A stretch of DNA of 32,000 bases, taken from the NCBI GenBank assembly GCA_002794465.1, contig MTSL01000205.1, forward strand, positions 129,810 through 161,809, in the 5' to 3' direction. The position numbers and the translations under genes were made by a program. The DNA comes from Paramicrosporidium saccamoebae KSL3 (taxonomy: Eukaryota; Fungi; Cryptomycota). Shown here in pieces: positions 9,551 to 21,284 of this stretch (within the stretch, counting starts at the first letter, position 1; each line of letters starts with the position of its first letter). The notes under the pieces were generated by a model. It ran no database searches. It saw only the letters and a list, made by a program, of their open reading frames with translations, and was not told the origin of the DNA.

Positions 9551-11879
9551 TTAGTCGAGCAAAGAAGGCTCATTAGTACCCTTCCGAGATGAGACGTCGT
9601 TTGAATTTCCCGGAGCTACGGATGAATACTCGACTTGACTCGCAGAGGGTTTGGAAGGGGTGATTTTTTCAGAATCGAATCTATCATTCGATCGTCGATT
9701 TTGGCGAAAGCTGAGCTTCTCAATTAGGTATAGTTGCCCTTCTTGGCAATCAGCCGAATATGCTTCCCTTTTAAACTTGTCTCGTTCATCTAGGCGCTCG
9801 TTCGTAAAAGTTGTGACCCGGTTGCAAACCTCTTGGGCTTCTTGACGCAAGTCGGCCATACCTTCTCCAATAATCCTAGAATTAGGGAATTCTAGACAAA
9901 ATTTACCTCAACTGCTGTCTTGTTTCTTCGTAAGAGGCTCTGATATGTGATAGATGTCTACATGCTTCCTTTTCTTCATACTCTGTCTCTGCCAACCCGC
10001 AGTCCTTGACCAAGTCTCCCCATTCCGAAACAAAATCGCTCAAAGTTTGCTTATGTAGCCCGGCGTTATCCTCAATATCTTGGCAGCAGTTATCAAATTT
10101 TGACATTTCCTGATGAAAGAAAGTAGACATGTCTTCCGGCTTGATTTTGTAGATTGAGTCACTTATGTCATCCGCCAAGATTGCTCTTTTCAGTTCCTCT
10201 AACGCAAGACCCCTTTTTTTACTAAGACCCTCCAAGTCTGAAAGTTTCTCGCAGAGCCGGTGTAGCACAGAATGCAATTCAGGGCGAGGTGCTCTGCTTT
10301 TCGTCTTGGGAACGTCGCTACTATCGGTTCTGGCTTGCAATGAAGAGTCTACTTCAAACAACTGATTCTTGAGTTTAGCATGCAAACTTTCAAGCTTCGA
10401 TAATGCTAGGAAGAAGGTCGAGTTTCCTACATGAGATGGAACCTGCTGCCATGCTTCTCCATGAGTCACACGCATCTTTTGGTACTCGCGAATCTCCGTG
10501 TCCAATAACTCGCCAGTCTTTTCTATCATCGACACTGCCATGCTCAGATCTGTATGTAGTCTATCAATCTCGTTTTTCATTACTTGCTTGGACTCTGCTC
10601 CTCTGGGACTCGCGATATCAGTGATGCTCTCACCCTTAATCAGCTTTGTTACTTTTTCGAGGACTGTGGGGAATCCGAGGGATGAAAGGGCGGTCTGCAG
10701 ATCATTGTCTGCATTGGTGACCTTTAAACTTTCGTATCTCAAGAGTTTTGATTTTTCTTCGCTGTATTTTGAAATTTCTTCGTGTATCCGAATGGGCATG
10801 AGTCGCTTGAAAAGGTCGGGCTTCTCGGGAACCCGCGTGAAGCATTCTGAAATTTCCACCAACTTGACTAGGGGAGCGCACTCTGGTTGCGCCAGGTTCT
10901 CAACAGAAGGGACGTTTTGATTGTAAATTAAATTGTTCTCCTTGTCTAGATCGATAGAGTATGATTCGGAAAGATCACGCAGTTTAAGGGCATACTGCCC
11001 CACATCCGTTTCACCCAGGGAGCCGTGGGTAACCAGCATTTGATTGACAATACGAAATCTGCATATTGCTTCTCCAATTCGAGAATCATTATATGCTGAA
11101 AGACCTAGGCAAAAATCTTTGATTGCTGTCCATGCTGCCTCTTTAAGAGAGAGCTGTGAAGCAGGATCGGTATCCTCATCCTTGGAATCACAAAAGTAGT
11201 CCCTAAATTCTCGCAACTCTCCGCTAGAAAAGTTTGTATATGCATCGTGAAAAAAATTAGAGGCTGCTGCCGCGAGACGGGCCAGAATTGCAGGTGACTT
11301 GCCATCCTGGATCGCCTTTAAAGTGGCCACTTCTTGCGCCTGGGCCAGCATCAACGAAGACAGAAAAATCAGGGAAGATCGGCCAATGTCCACTAGAGGA
11401 GGATGTAGAAAATTGTCAGCAATAAAAGAAAACACAGAGGCAGAAAGCTGTAGATGGCGGACAGTATCATTCAAAGACTCGATTTGACTGAAGAGAGCCC
11501 CGAGATTGAACAAGACATTTGCCTTTTCAAAGGCAACACTGCTCTGCTTAACACAGTTTCCACGATCAAATGCATCAAACCACAGAAAACTGATGGTTAG
11601 AGGATGTTCCGCTATATCAATCCTCTTCACGAGAGCCTCTAACTGTCGATAATAGCTTACAATAATGTCAAGTCCTCCGGAGGTTGACGGTGCTCCACGC
11701 AAGTCTTGGCGCATTTTATGGAACTGGTTGCTTTCGCCCTGGAATGTCGCAGGATCCTCGCCGAGTTGTGAAAGAGACAATTGAAGTTGATGTACCCAGT
11801 CCGCCTCATTGGTGATCTTACAGGGTACAGCAATTCGTTCGAAACTGGCCGGAATCGGAAGAGTGGGTGTCAGCACCAT
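9551..11879 (-). CDS. BRO1/ALIX-family ESCRT-associated protein (Bro1 or Rim20 type); intron 9876-9906
   Basis: Bro1 domain motifs (FLWFDAF, SVAFEKANVLFNLGAL, LMLAQAQE, KENNLIYNQNVP) and V domain (RIHEEISKYSEEK). A 31-nt GTAAAT..CTAAT..TAG intron fuses the 658-aa and 102-aa ORFs in frame. Confidence 0.87.
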
Positions 11880-11958
11880 TGCAACTCCGCGGGGAAAGCA
11901 CTTTATTGAATATTCATATTATCTATTATCTTTTCGTATTTCGATAATCCAGTGAAGC

Positions 11959-12661
11959 ATGTCCAAGTTTTTGTCGCTACTGCCCTCGGCAGTGTCGGAT
12001 ACAGTGGAGAGTCTCAGGCGCATGAACTTGAGACAGGTGCTTTGAGGATTAGGGCTTATTACGTAGTTAATACTTCAGTGTCTTAATTTCGCGACTGTCG
12101 TTCTCACGGCCTACATGATTTGGAAAGGTCTGGGCGTGGTACTGAACAATGAGAGCCCTGTAGTTGTTGTGCTTAGGTATCTTGATTGCAGCTTGCAATT
12201 TATTTTTAGTGAGAGCATGTCTCCTGCTTTTGAGCGAGGCGATATCCTTTTTCTGACAATGTTCCGCAGCAGCCCAATAGTTGCAGGTGAGATTGTAGTA
12301 TTCAGTATCAAAGGCCGCGATATTCCTATTGTTCATCGTGTGCTAAAAATCCACGAAAGGTATCCTCGTTGAGATGCTGTAATGAGATAGCCGTGATGGT
12401 GAGATCAAGATTCTTACCAAAGGCGACAACAACGAGGTCCATGACCGAGGACTATACAATCGAGGTCAAAAATGGCTGACAGAAGAGGATATTGTGGGTC
12501 GTGTTCGTGGGTAAGACATCTATGGCTATGACTTTATATCACCTTTTAGGTATGCGCCGTATCTGGGAATGGTTACCATCATCATGAACGATTATCCCCA
12601 GGTCAAGATGGCAGTGTTGGGGATTATGGCCGTTCTCGTCTTAACTAACCGTGAGAACTAA
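11959..12661 (+). CDS. SEC11: Signal peptidase complex catalytic subunit; introns 12037-12066, 12177-12209, 12360-12390, 12511-12549
   Basis: Spliced product: RRMNLRQ|LILQCLNF...MIWKGL...ESPVVVVLS|[15 protein letters not shown]...DIPIVHRV...ILTKGDNN...DRGLY...IVGRVRG|[16 protein letters not shown]. Confidence 0.95.
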
Positions 12662-13020
12662 AAAATTATAATATTTGTTGGAACGTCTAATCTTCTATAT
12701 TACATCCTTGGCTAGCTATGATCGAGATGCTGTTTCCTGGTGCAGCGCTCGGCTTTTATACTATTGATCAATAAATCACAAGAAATGTCATATATGATAT
12801 CGTAAATTAATATTACGACCTGAAGGGGCAATTATCTGTAAAATTGAATCAGCAACTTGTGCAAGCAGCTGTACTCCAGTTGAACGCAAGCTTTGATTAT
12901 TGCACGGAACATTCCTGGATTTTTCCGTTGATTAAATCAACGTTTAGGAAATGTTAAGATATTTTTTTCCTTGGAGTTCAACGTGTCCCCCCCTACATGG
13001 GTGTCATCCAAACCTGTGAG

Positions 13021-14416
13021 ATGAACGTTGAATTACCATTCACACCCTTGGATGTCCAGTGCAACGAAGCACGTCATATTACTATTCCATGGAACGTACA
13101 TTGCGCCTTAATACTACTAAGCTTTTAGGAATACTTCGAGAAGGGTACTATTTCGGCTGATGACATGACCGTCATGCGGGAGCTTGCAGACCGTGCAAAC
13201 TGGAGTGAGCTGATGCTGAAAGTAAACTTGTTTGGCCACTAGATGTTTAGGAGGGCTTGGTCTATTTTCGGACGCCAATTTCCATCTTGGATAAAATCGA
13301 ACATCCCGAAGTGACACTTGTATGTCTGACACTCCTCTACGACTTGCTCGTCAAGTTTCCACTGAAGGCTATAAGTCTGTCCACCGAGCCGCTTGGTTTG
13401 GAGTGCACCGCGTTGAAAGGGCTACTGCTTTCTGGAGACGAAATGATTGCTGGACATGTCGCTCGTATTTTTGCTGTTCTTGCTCTGTACTTTAATGTTT
13501 ATGATGCCATAACCGAGTTAGGATTATCAAATCTATTCCTCAAGAGGAACTCAATACTCTACTTGAATGGATTTCCGCATCTTTACAAATGCATCCCGAG
13601 CGCGAGCAGAGAGTCTTGTTGTCGTCTCTACTTTTAGAGCACCTTCTGAGAGTGTCCTCGATCCGAGATGCGTTTTCCCGCAGATGTGACGATTTGAAAA
13701 TGTTGGCCACAGTTTTGATTCGGTCGCGAAACGTGCAGATCCAATATCAGGCAATTTTCGCAATTTGGCTACTCACTTTTGATACATGCACAGCCGTGAA
13801 AATAGTGACACGTTACGGAGTCATCCAAAGTCTCCTGGATGTTGCTAAAGGCGCTATCAAGGAAAAAATTATTCGGATGTGCATCAGCACCTGGCGCAAC
13901 CTTCTTTCAAAGTGTCCAACACAGGCCGTCCCTGTCATGGTTGGTGCCAAAGTGTTGGAATATTTGGAATCCATAGCAGAGGGAAAGATTGCAGATGAAG
14001 AGGTTTCCTTAGACGTTTCAGTCCTAAAAGATGAACTAATGCGAGCTTATCAATCACTCAATTCCTTTGACGAATACGCGTCCGAATTGAAATCAGGAAA
14101 GCTAGAGTGGTCTCCTCCCCACAAATCCGAGTTATTCTGGCGTGATAATGCACCAAGGTTAGCTGAGAACAACTTGGAACTGTTAAAGATACTCGGAAGA
14201 CTGCTAGAGCCTTCAAATAATCCCCAAGTGCTCGCAATCGCCGCCGGAGACATTGGCATGTACGTGTCATTCCACGCTGTAGGCCGACAAAACCTCGACA
14301 AACTTGGCATTAAGCAGAAAATCATGTCCTTGATATCGCACCCCGATTCTGAAGTCCGGTTTCAGGCGCTCTCTTCTATGCAAAAGTACATGGTGAAAGT
14401 TTGGAATCCTGCATAA
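13021..14416 (+). CDS. VMA13: V-ATPase V1 subunit H; introns 13096-13128, 13222-13250, 13487-13521
   Basis: N-terminal ITIPWN; QIQYQAIFAIWLLTF, IKEKIIR, FDEYASELKSGKLEWSPPHKSELFWRDNA, VLAIAAGDIG, VRFQALSSMQK. Three short GT-AG introns restore the frame. Confidence 0.93.
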
Positions 14417-14474
14417 CGATGAATGAATAAATAGATATGCATGTATTCTATGAAATGCACTACACTAAGTTTCT

Positions 14475-16105
14475 TCATTTGTGGCCAGCGCGTTTATAGT
14501 GTTGTTTTGAACCAAGGGGCTTGATAAACCGAGACGTGCCACTCATACCGGACAACACCACACTCGCCTTATGATCAGCAAGTAGACTTGGATCTTTCTT
14601 GGCCGCATAAGAAAATTCTGTTGCTTTGGTAAACTTTCTGGACGGTCTTTCGCAGATAGCATTGCGGTAAGGATGATTGAACGCATCCTCATCTTGCACA
14701 GATGGTGGTGGATGACAGAAAAGCAGCTTTCCTCCAACATAGTCTTTCAAGACCACTCTTGCAGCCCGCGATTCATCGGGATTGCCGTGGAAAGATGTCC
14801 GGAACCCACGAGCTATGGCAAACGCTCCTAATACTTCGTGAGAAGATGGTCGCCGGTTCAGATCTTCTTCCATGCTGGGCTTGGGGAGCTCAATACCATA
14901 AACAAGTTCGATCACTTGTTTTGGGATCCTCTCAATAAGGAGCTCAACAGGCGTTACCCATTCACGCAGCTGATCGACTGGAAGAATACCATTTAGTACT
15001 AAATCGGCGCGCGACACTGCAAAATTGGGGAAAACCAAGCCAGGACAGTCGTAAAGGATGACACCGTTTTCAAGGATCACCGTTTGGAAATGCTTGGTCT
15101 TACCCGGTGTGGCTGCGACTGAAACCTTCTTGGTCCCTGCCAACGAGTTTATGGTTGAGCTTTTACCGACATTAGGGTATCCAACCATACCAAGCTTTTC
15201 ACCTCCACATTCGCTTTTAAGCCAATCCAAAAGTTGCAGCCGATCCAGAATGTCGTGGCTTGATATCAAATCTTTACAATTTTCGCTACGGGAAACTGGT
15301 GGTTCTTCTTCTTCACTTTCGGTTGCGAGTGTGGCAGAATAAAATACAAAGCTTAAGCCAAGTTCTTTAAAGTACTCGGCCCAAGACTGGCGCTGGTCCG
15401 CGCTCAAGTAATCGGCCTTGTTGATCAGAAGAAGCATCTTTTTCGATGGCCCTACTTCAGATATATATGTCTTGAGATCTTCGCAGTAAAAAAGTAAGGG
15501 ATTCCTAGCGTCCAGGATTTGAACTATTGTCTCACAGGCTTCAATCACCCGCCACAGCTGTCGCCAGATCTCTAGATTTCTTTCAAATGGGGTTAAAATA
15601 AAATATGCTGCATCTTCGATCCGAGCCAGTCCTCTGCGCCACTCCAAAAAAGATTCCTCCTCGGCGTGTTGTAGCTCCTTGGGTTGAATACTTGTGCTCC
15701 ACTTTGGACGTCTGGGGATCCGAATCCATTCCTTGTTCTCTGCCTGTTCATCTGAAGTGGCAAAGGATCGGGGGGCCTGGGACAACACTGGAACAGAGGT
15801 GGAGACTATTACAGGTGACGCTCTTTCTATATAACTGTAAGCCGTAGTGTTATAAATATACCGGCTGTGAAATCAAGTCTTGATAGCTGTGCAACTTGCA
15901 TGAGCTCGTCAAGGTCGCTTTGCTCAGTAATAGAGCGAACGTTGGCCCAAGATGCACCGTCTTCAAGACCAGATGTATGCTAAAGTCAGTACAGCAAGAC
16001 TAAAAGTACCAATCCAGAATTATTACGTGACCCACGCCGGCCACTAAACCTGGCTTTAATGACTGTACGGCCAAGATTTTCCCCTTGCTTATCTTTTTTG
16101 GTCAT
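14475..16105 (-). CDS. LSG1: Large-subunit GTPase Lsg1 (60S maturation); introns 15980-16009 and 15827-15861
   Basis: LGRTVIKARF...HTSGLEDG.SW..VRSITEQSDLDE, TPFERNLEIWRQLWRVIE, DARNPL, NKAD, GYPNVGKSSTIN, TPGKTKHFQT, DCPGLVFP. Confidence 0.95.
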
Positions 16106-16504
16106 CGACTACCCCGGACATGTCTACAGCGAGTATTTAAGTTTCGCCCATTTACGGCATCTAAAGTGCAGATACAAGATCCTTGTTAAAAATATGGGGG
16201 GCATCATATGATGGTATGCTATAAATAATATAAAGTATTTAGCCGATACTATTTCATTGGCATTACTGCGTCGGTCTCGGAAGCCACAAAGGGTTCACTG
16301 CACTGAGACAATTAGGTTTGGGATAGCTAAAGTCAGAATGGCTTCTCAGTAGGAAATTGGAGTTATCAATGTGTCAACTGTGTGTCCTCGCACCATAATT
16401 CATGATCTATAACAGAATATCGAATAGTGTGTGAAATTGATAGATTCCGTTAGCCAGCACACCAGCTTTGTTTATCGGCACTAAAATTCCCGGGGAAGCG
16501 AAGA

Positions 16505-17906
16505 ATGACCTTGTCTTCTTCGACCAAGGCCACTATCTATGATGCTCTAATTCGCTTTGGGGTAAATTTTACATGTCTGCTGTTCGTCTTGCTCGTGCTC
16601 GCCTTAGCTTTCATCTTGCGATATCACATAATGCCTGCAATTCTTGCTGCATGCTGTTCGATTCCCCTCAGCGAGTTTTTTGAAGCCTATCAACGGTTGA
16701 TGTCGTATCCGATTCGAAGACGCTTATCCAGATTTTTGACCCTGCCTACTATCATAATTGTTGGAGCAGCTTATTTGTGGGTCGCATCGCTTCTTGGACA
16801 CCAAGGGAGCAGTATTATTACCTTTATCACCTTGATTACACTTTTGACCGTGGATATTAGAAACTCTTGGTGCTTTACTCTGGTCATCACGGGCGCAGTT
16901 CTACTGACATTGATCATACTTGTTCTGTCGGTTGTTGCCGAGGTATCGGCATTGTGGAAAACATTTTTTGCAAGAATCTTTAGTCCTGAAGGCAAAGAGC
17001 TGGCAGACCGGCTTCTCGACATCCTTGATCGAAAGGTTCGTCAGCTTACTGGAACCGATATTATTGATCAAATACAGCGAGCGGCTAAGATCATCGGAAT
17101 TGATATATCGACACCAGAACTGGTGATAGACGAAGAGCGAGTGGCGTACATTTTTTCTTTGCCAAAATTGCTACTTAAAACTGGATACACGAGTGATCTG
17201 CTTGCGTATGTGCAAAAACACATGACAACAGATCATGTGGTCCGAAGTTTTCAGGCTTTTTTGACCACCGCTTTTTATGCACTAAAGCTTGCCACGCGAA
17301 GCGCCGATTTTTTAATGCAATGTGCGACATTTGTCGCATCTACAACATACTTTGTTAATCAAAGAAAGTACATTGGAAGTAAAATCAGAGAATCCTCACG
17401 CTTGGCCCCGATGACAATGTTTCTTGAAGACACCAAGCGCTCCATGGTATCGCTTGCAACTACAATGGTCTCTAGGCTGCTGCTTGAAACATCCTGTAGT
17501 TACATAATTTTTCGCCTTTGCGGATCTAGATCTTGCACCAGTTTGGCTATTTTTTGCGGTATTTTATCAATATTCCCTGTGATCCCGCCATCAACGCTTG
17601 CGATCTTGCCTGGTATAGAACTGTTATCACGAGACAAATCTATTACTGCAGTTGTCCTACTTACCACACACTTTGTGATTAACCTTATATTTATTCCCAA
17701 AGCGTCCGTACCAACATTTTCAAAACGAGGTAATAACATTTCCTGTATCTTAGCTCATAGGACGTGCCGTGGATATTTGTGCACTTGTTGGATTTTGGAC
17801 CATTGGCTGGACAGGTCTGTTCTTTGGACCTATTATTGCCTCTATCCCAATCCTAGCTATTAAAAGCGCTTCGAGCTTTATTACTTTACTGCAATCGTCG
17901 AAATAA
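16505..17906 (+). CDS. TMEM245 / AI-2E-like multi-pass membrane protein; probable intron 17730-17760
   Basis: Many hydrophobic segments. Splicing gives a terminal G(F)W.IGW.GLFFGPII segment typical of the AI-2E/TMEM245 fold. An alternative 46-nt intron (17708-17753) is also frame-compatible. Confidence 0.65.
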
Positions 17907-18023
17907 ACTCTGATTACAGCATTAAAGGTGCACAAATATTGTACATATGTGCTGTCCAATGATTATTGATCGCCAGACCAGGGATTTGCGCTTGAGCAGT
18001 TGGGCAGGTCGGTAGGTGCACCG

Positions 18024-18230
18024 ATGCAGCTCGGTAACGTTCGTCAGGAAATTTTCATAGAAAGAAAAGAGCCACTCAAGGCTTCTGAAGTCACACGGAA
18101 GATTAAGAAATACCTAAAGAACCAGGAAGCTTCAACCTTGTCTCCTTCGGTTGCTGTCCACCTTTTGCAAATTCGCGAGAGCTCGTATTTCCTCACCCAC
18201 AACGCCGTAGCCCCTAATATACACATCTGA
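18024..18230 (+). CDS. Small 68-aa protein, faint resemblance to RNA polymerase I subunit A14
   Basis: ATG-initiated ORF occupying the gap between two genes; pattern PLKASEVTRKIKKYLKNQE...SPSVAVHLLQIRE. Confidence 0.4.
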   Translation: MQLGNVRQEIFIERKEPLKASEVTRKIKKYLKNQEASTLSPSVAVHLLQIRESSYFLTHNAVAPNIHI

Positions 18231-18320
18231 TTATCTGTTTGAGTTTTTTGTATACGAAATTAGTAAATTTTACCAACACTTTTGCCGGGGCTAGCTCATA
18301 GCGCTCGATCCAAAGGACTG

Positions 18321-19598
18321 ATGTCATCGAATCTCCTCTGGGTAGATAAGTACAGACCTTGCGACTTCAATGGCCTAGACTTCCATGGCGACGTAAATAG
18401 AGCTCTTGAGAATCTGGTTAATTCCCATACTGAAAAATTCATCATGTAGGCTACCTCAGGCGATGTGCCGCATATTTTAGTGACTGGGCCGAATGGATCT
18501 GGAAAGATGACCAGAATTAGAGCCTTTCTCGAACGACTCTTTAGCTCTGGCGTTTTTAAAGTATGAGGATACTGTCACCTAATTAATACTGTAGCTGAAA
18601 ATTGATGAACGAAGTTTCCAGACTCCATCGGGACGCAAATTTGACGTGACCGTCATATCCAGCAATTTTCACGTGGAAATTAATCCGAGCGATGTGGGGA
18701 TTTACGACCGTGTGGTTGTACAGGATATTGTTAAGGAGCTCGCACAGACACAGCAATTAGACAAATCCAAGCGAAATTTTAAAGGTATAGACGGTGCAAA
18801 CTCTGACGCTCTAGTGGTCGTCATACTTGACGCAGACAAGCTCAGTCGGGACGGCCAGCATGGCCTGCGGCGCACCATGGAGAAATATAGCTCAAATTTG
18901 CGAATAATTCTTTGCTGCACTACCTCAAGTCGAATAATTGATCCCATCAAAAGTCGTTGCTTTGTAGTTCGTATTCCTGCACCAACAGATATTCAAGTAA
19001 TCCTAAATGTGCAAATCTCATACTTGCAGGTTGAATCGAATTTACGGAAAATTTGCACTTTACAATCACTTCTTGTAGATGATTCTGTGCTACAAAAAAT
19101 TTCGCACTCATCAGCTGGGAATTATCGAAGGGCTGTTTTAAGTTTGGAAGAATTTTCTCAAAGGTTGCAGTGATTTTTTCAAGTGGTTCTAAGATGCTAG
19201 AAATCAGTTAGAGTCCATTGAATTCGAGTGGGAGCGGTGCATAAAAAATATTTCAAAGCAGATGTTTCTTGAACAAACACCGGCGAGTCTCCTGGTAATT
19301 CGTGGATATTTGTATGAGCTGTTATCGCACTCTATTCCGCCGACAACAATTATCAAGGAATGACCATATACATGTTTGTGTTGATCGTGTGTAGACTTTA
19401 ATGAAGGAGGTGACTAGCCACTCCAAATCGCAATCATTCCTGCAAAATGTACTCGCAGCATTTGCTTGCTACGTAGCGCATCAATACTTGTTGCTTATAT
19501 TGTCGTAGGAACATCGTTTGGTACGAGGTAGTAAGGCAATTCTTCATTTGGAAGCGCTCGCAGCAAACATTATGGCCACGATCGCGGCGATTAAATGA
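18321..19598 (+). CDS. RFC5: Replication factor C small subunit (yeast Rfc5 / human RFC3); introns 18417-18449, 18561-18594, 18785-18814, 18997-19029, 19164-19200, 19358-19394 (non-canonical), 19473-19508
   Basis: LWVDKYRP, PHILVTGPNGSGKMTRI, SNFHVEINPSDVG..DRVVVQ, QHGLRRTMEKYS, IIDPIKSRC, RGYLYELLSHSIPP, EHRLVRGSKAILHLEA. Confidence 0.94.
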
Positions 19599-19610
19599 TC
19601 ATGACTAGTA

Positions 19611-20532
19611 TTATTTACTAAAATTATTCTTCATATCCCTCAAAGCTTGCATGACTAAAATTGGTCGCTCCTGCATTGTCGCTTTTTTTATGGCGGCAGA
19701 GTCCAGCCTCATGAAAGGATTAGTGTCCCATTCGTCCTGAATTGTGCTCGGCACTGATACAACTGATCCTTCAGCGCGCTCGAGGCCACGAAGTTTCTCA
19801 AGCTTGTTGATGACAGCACAATTTCCAGGATCAACGCTAGCAGCAAACTATGGAATTGATACACCCAAGGTGACGCTTTACCTCGAGATTACTAATGGTG
19901 TACTCATGGCCTGGAAATACACTTGTTGAGAGTGGGAGTTTACCAAGTTTTTCTAGCAGAGATTCGACCATTTGTTCGGCAGTGCCTTCGAAAAACCTTC
20001 CGCAGCCGGCGATAAACAAAGTATCTCCAGTGAATACGGCACGGGCAGATGGTTCCGCGCCATCATCATGTATGATGTAGGATAAGCTGCCCGAAGTATG
20101 GCATGGATTATGGATCGCTTGAACTCGGAGATTTCCAACAGAAAATTCGTCTTTATGTGCTAATTTGTGCGTCACACCAGGAATGCGATCGTCAAAGCCA
20201 TAAATCTTAATGTGCGGAAACATTTTTTGAAGTTCGAGGTTCCCGCCTGCATGGTCACTACCAGAAAGTCCAATTGCCTCGCATGCCTACCTGTGATGGT
20301 GTGTTGTTGAAACACAGGAGAGCTTATGAGTCGAGTCATTAATAAAAGGAAGAAGTTTGCGGGGTTCCACGGGGTCAATCGCCATCACTAAAGATATGGG
20401 CAGGTAGGTGAATATACTTGTTCCAGTGGTTTCATCAGTCACCAAATATGAGTAGTTGTCACTGAGCACAGAGATTGCTTGGACCGTAAATGGGGTCCTT
20501 CCACTGTATTTAACTAACTTGGCGACTGACAT
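19611..20532 (-). CDS. GLO2: Hydroxyacylglutathione hydrolase (glyoxalase II); introns 20388-20417, 20258-20290, 19848-19881
   Basis: DNYSYL, AIDPVEP, spliced THHHS|DHAGGN metallo-beta-lactamase motif, PCHTSG, FTGDTLFIAGCGRFFEG, GHEYT, PSTIQDEWDTNPFMR. Confidence 0.95.
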
Positions 20533-20577
20533 TTTCAGAAAGCCCCTGTAGGACGGATTATTAAATAGATGCGTGGA

Positions 20578-21130
20578 TTAATTCCTATCGTGGCTAGTGT
20601 TTTCAGGATGTTTCAGGCTGGGCGAATACGACCTAAAAGTAGCGCAATTTACCATCGATGGTGTCAAATCATGCAGGCGAGGGATGTCTGTGTCTGATTC
20701 ATTACGATCCGTAACGAGTATGGGGCGACAATAAGAGTCGGTGTGAATCATGGGCGAGGAAAACGATGGTGTCATGAATGCCATAACCAAGATATGACCG
20801 ATATACACAAACACGAGCGTCATGAATAAGTACACTGGCATGGTCACTGCCCAATGCCTAGTGGATTAATAATGGAAGCAGGCATTACCGTTGGGGATAG
20901 TACAAGATTCCGATATCGCGTAGTCCATCTTCTGGGAACATTCCCCAAATAAGAAACAGCAGGAGTAGCAAACATGAAGCGATGTGGAGAATAAATCCAT
21001 AAAAAGCTGTCCTTGTATTCTGGCGAGAGATTCTGGTTGGTAAATCGACTACCTCAGAGTCACTGCGGGCAATAAACCCACGACCAAGGGCATGCGAGGA
21101 TACGCTACGATCCAATACTTCGACGGACAT
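20578..21130 (-). CDS. GPI19: GPI-GlcNAc transferase subunit PIG-P/Gpi19; intron 20858-20888
   Basis: FYGFIL...LFLIWG.FP...L..IGI.YYPQR|HWAVTMP...MTP...IP.LHDL...VN matches the PIG-P domain layout. Confidence 0.85.
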
Positions 21131-21284
21131 GAATGGACCTGTGAGACCTGAGCTTGTAGCAAGGTCCCTTTACTGGGATCCCTAGTCCGTAAATATACTT
21201 ACTCACACACGCTGGTCACTTAGGCTGTAAATTTTCATTTCAAGAGTTTATCAATAGTCTACTTTTGAACAACTAACGGGTTAT

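Noticed and set aside
16270-16352. Alternative short stems (GAAGCCA/TGGCTTC, ACTGAGA/TCTCAGT) in the LSG1-TMEM245 divergent spacer
   Set aside because: The 7-bp stems are mutually exclusive, no RNA boxes are present, and chance is a sufficient explanation.
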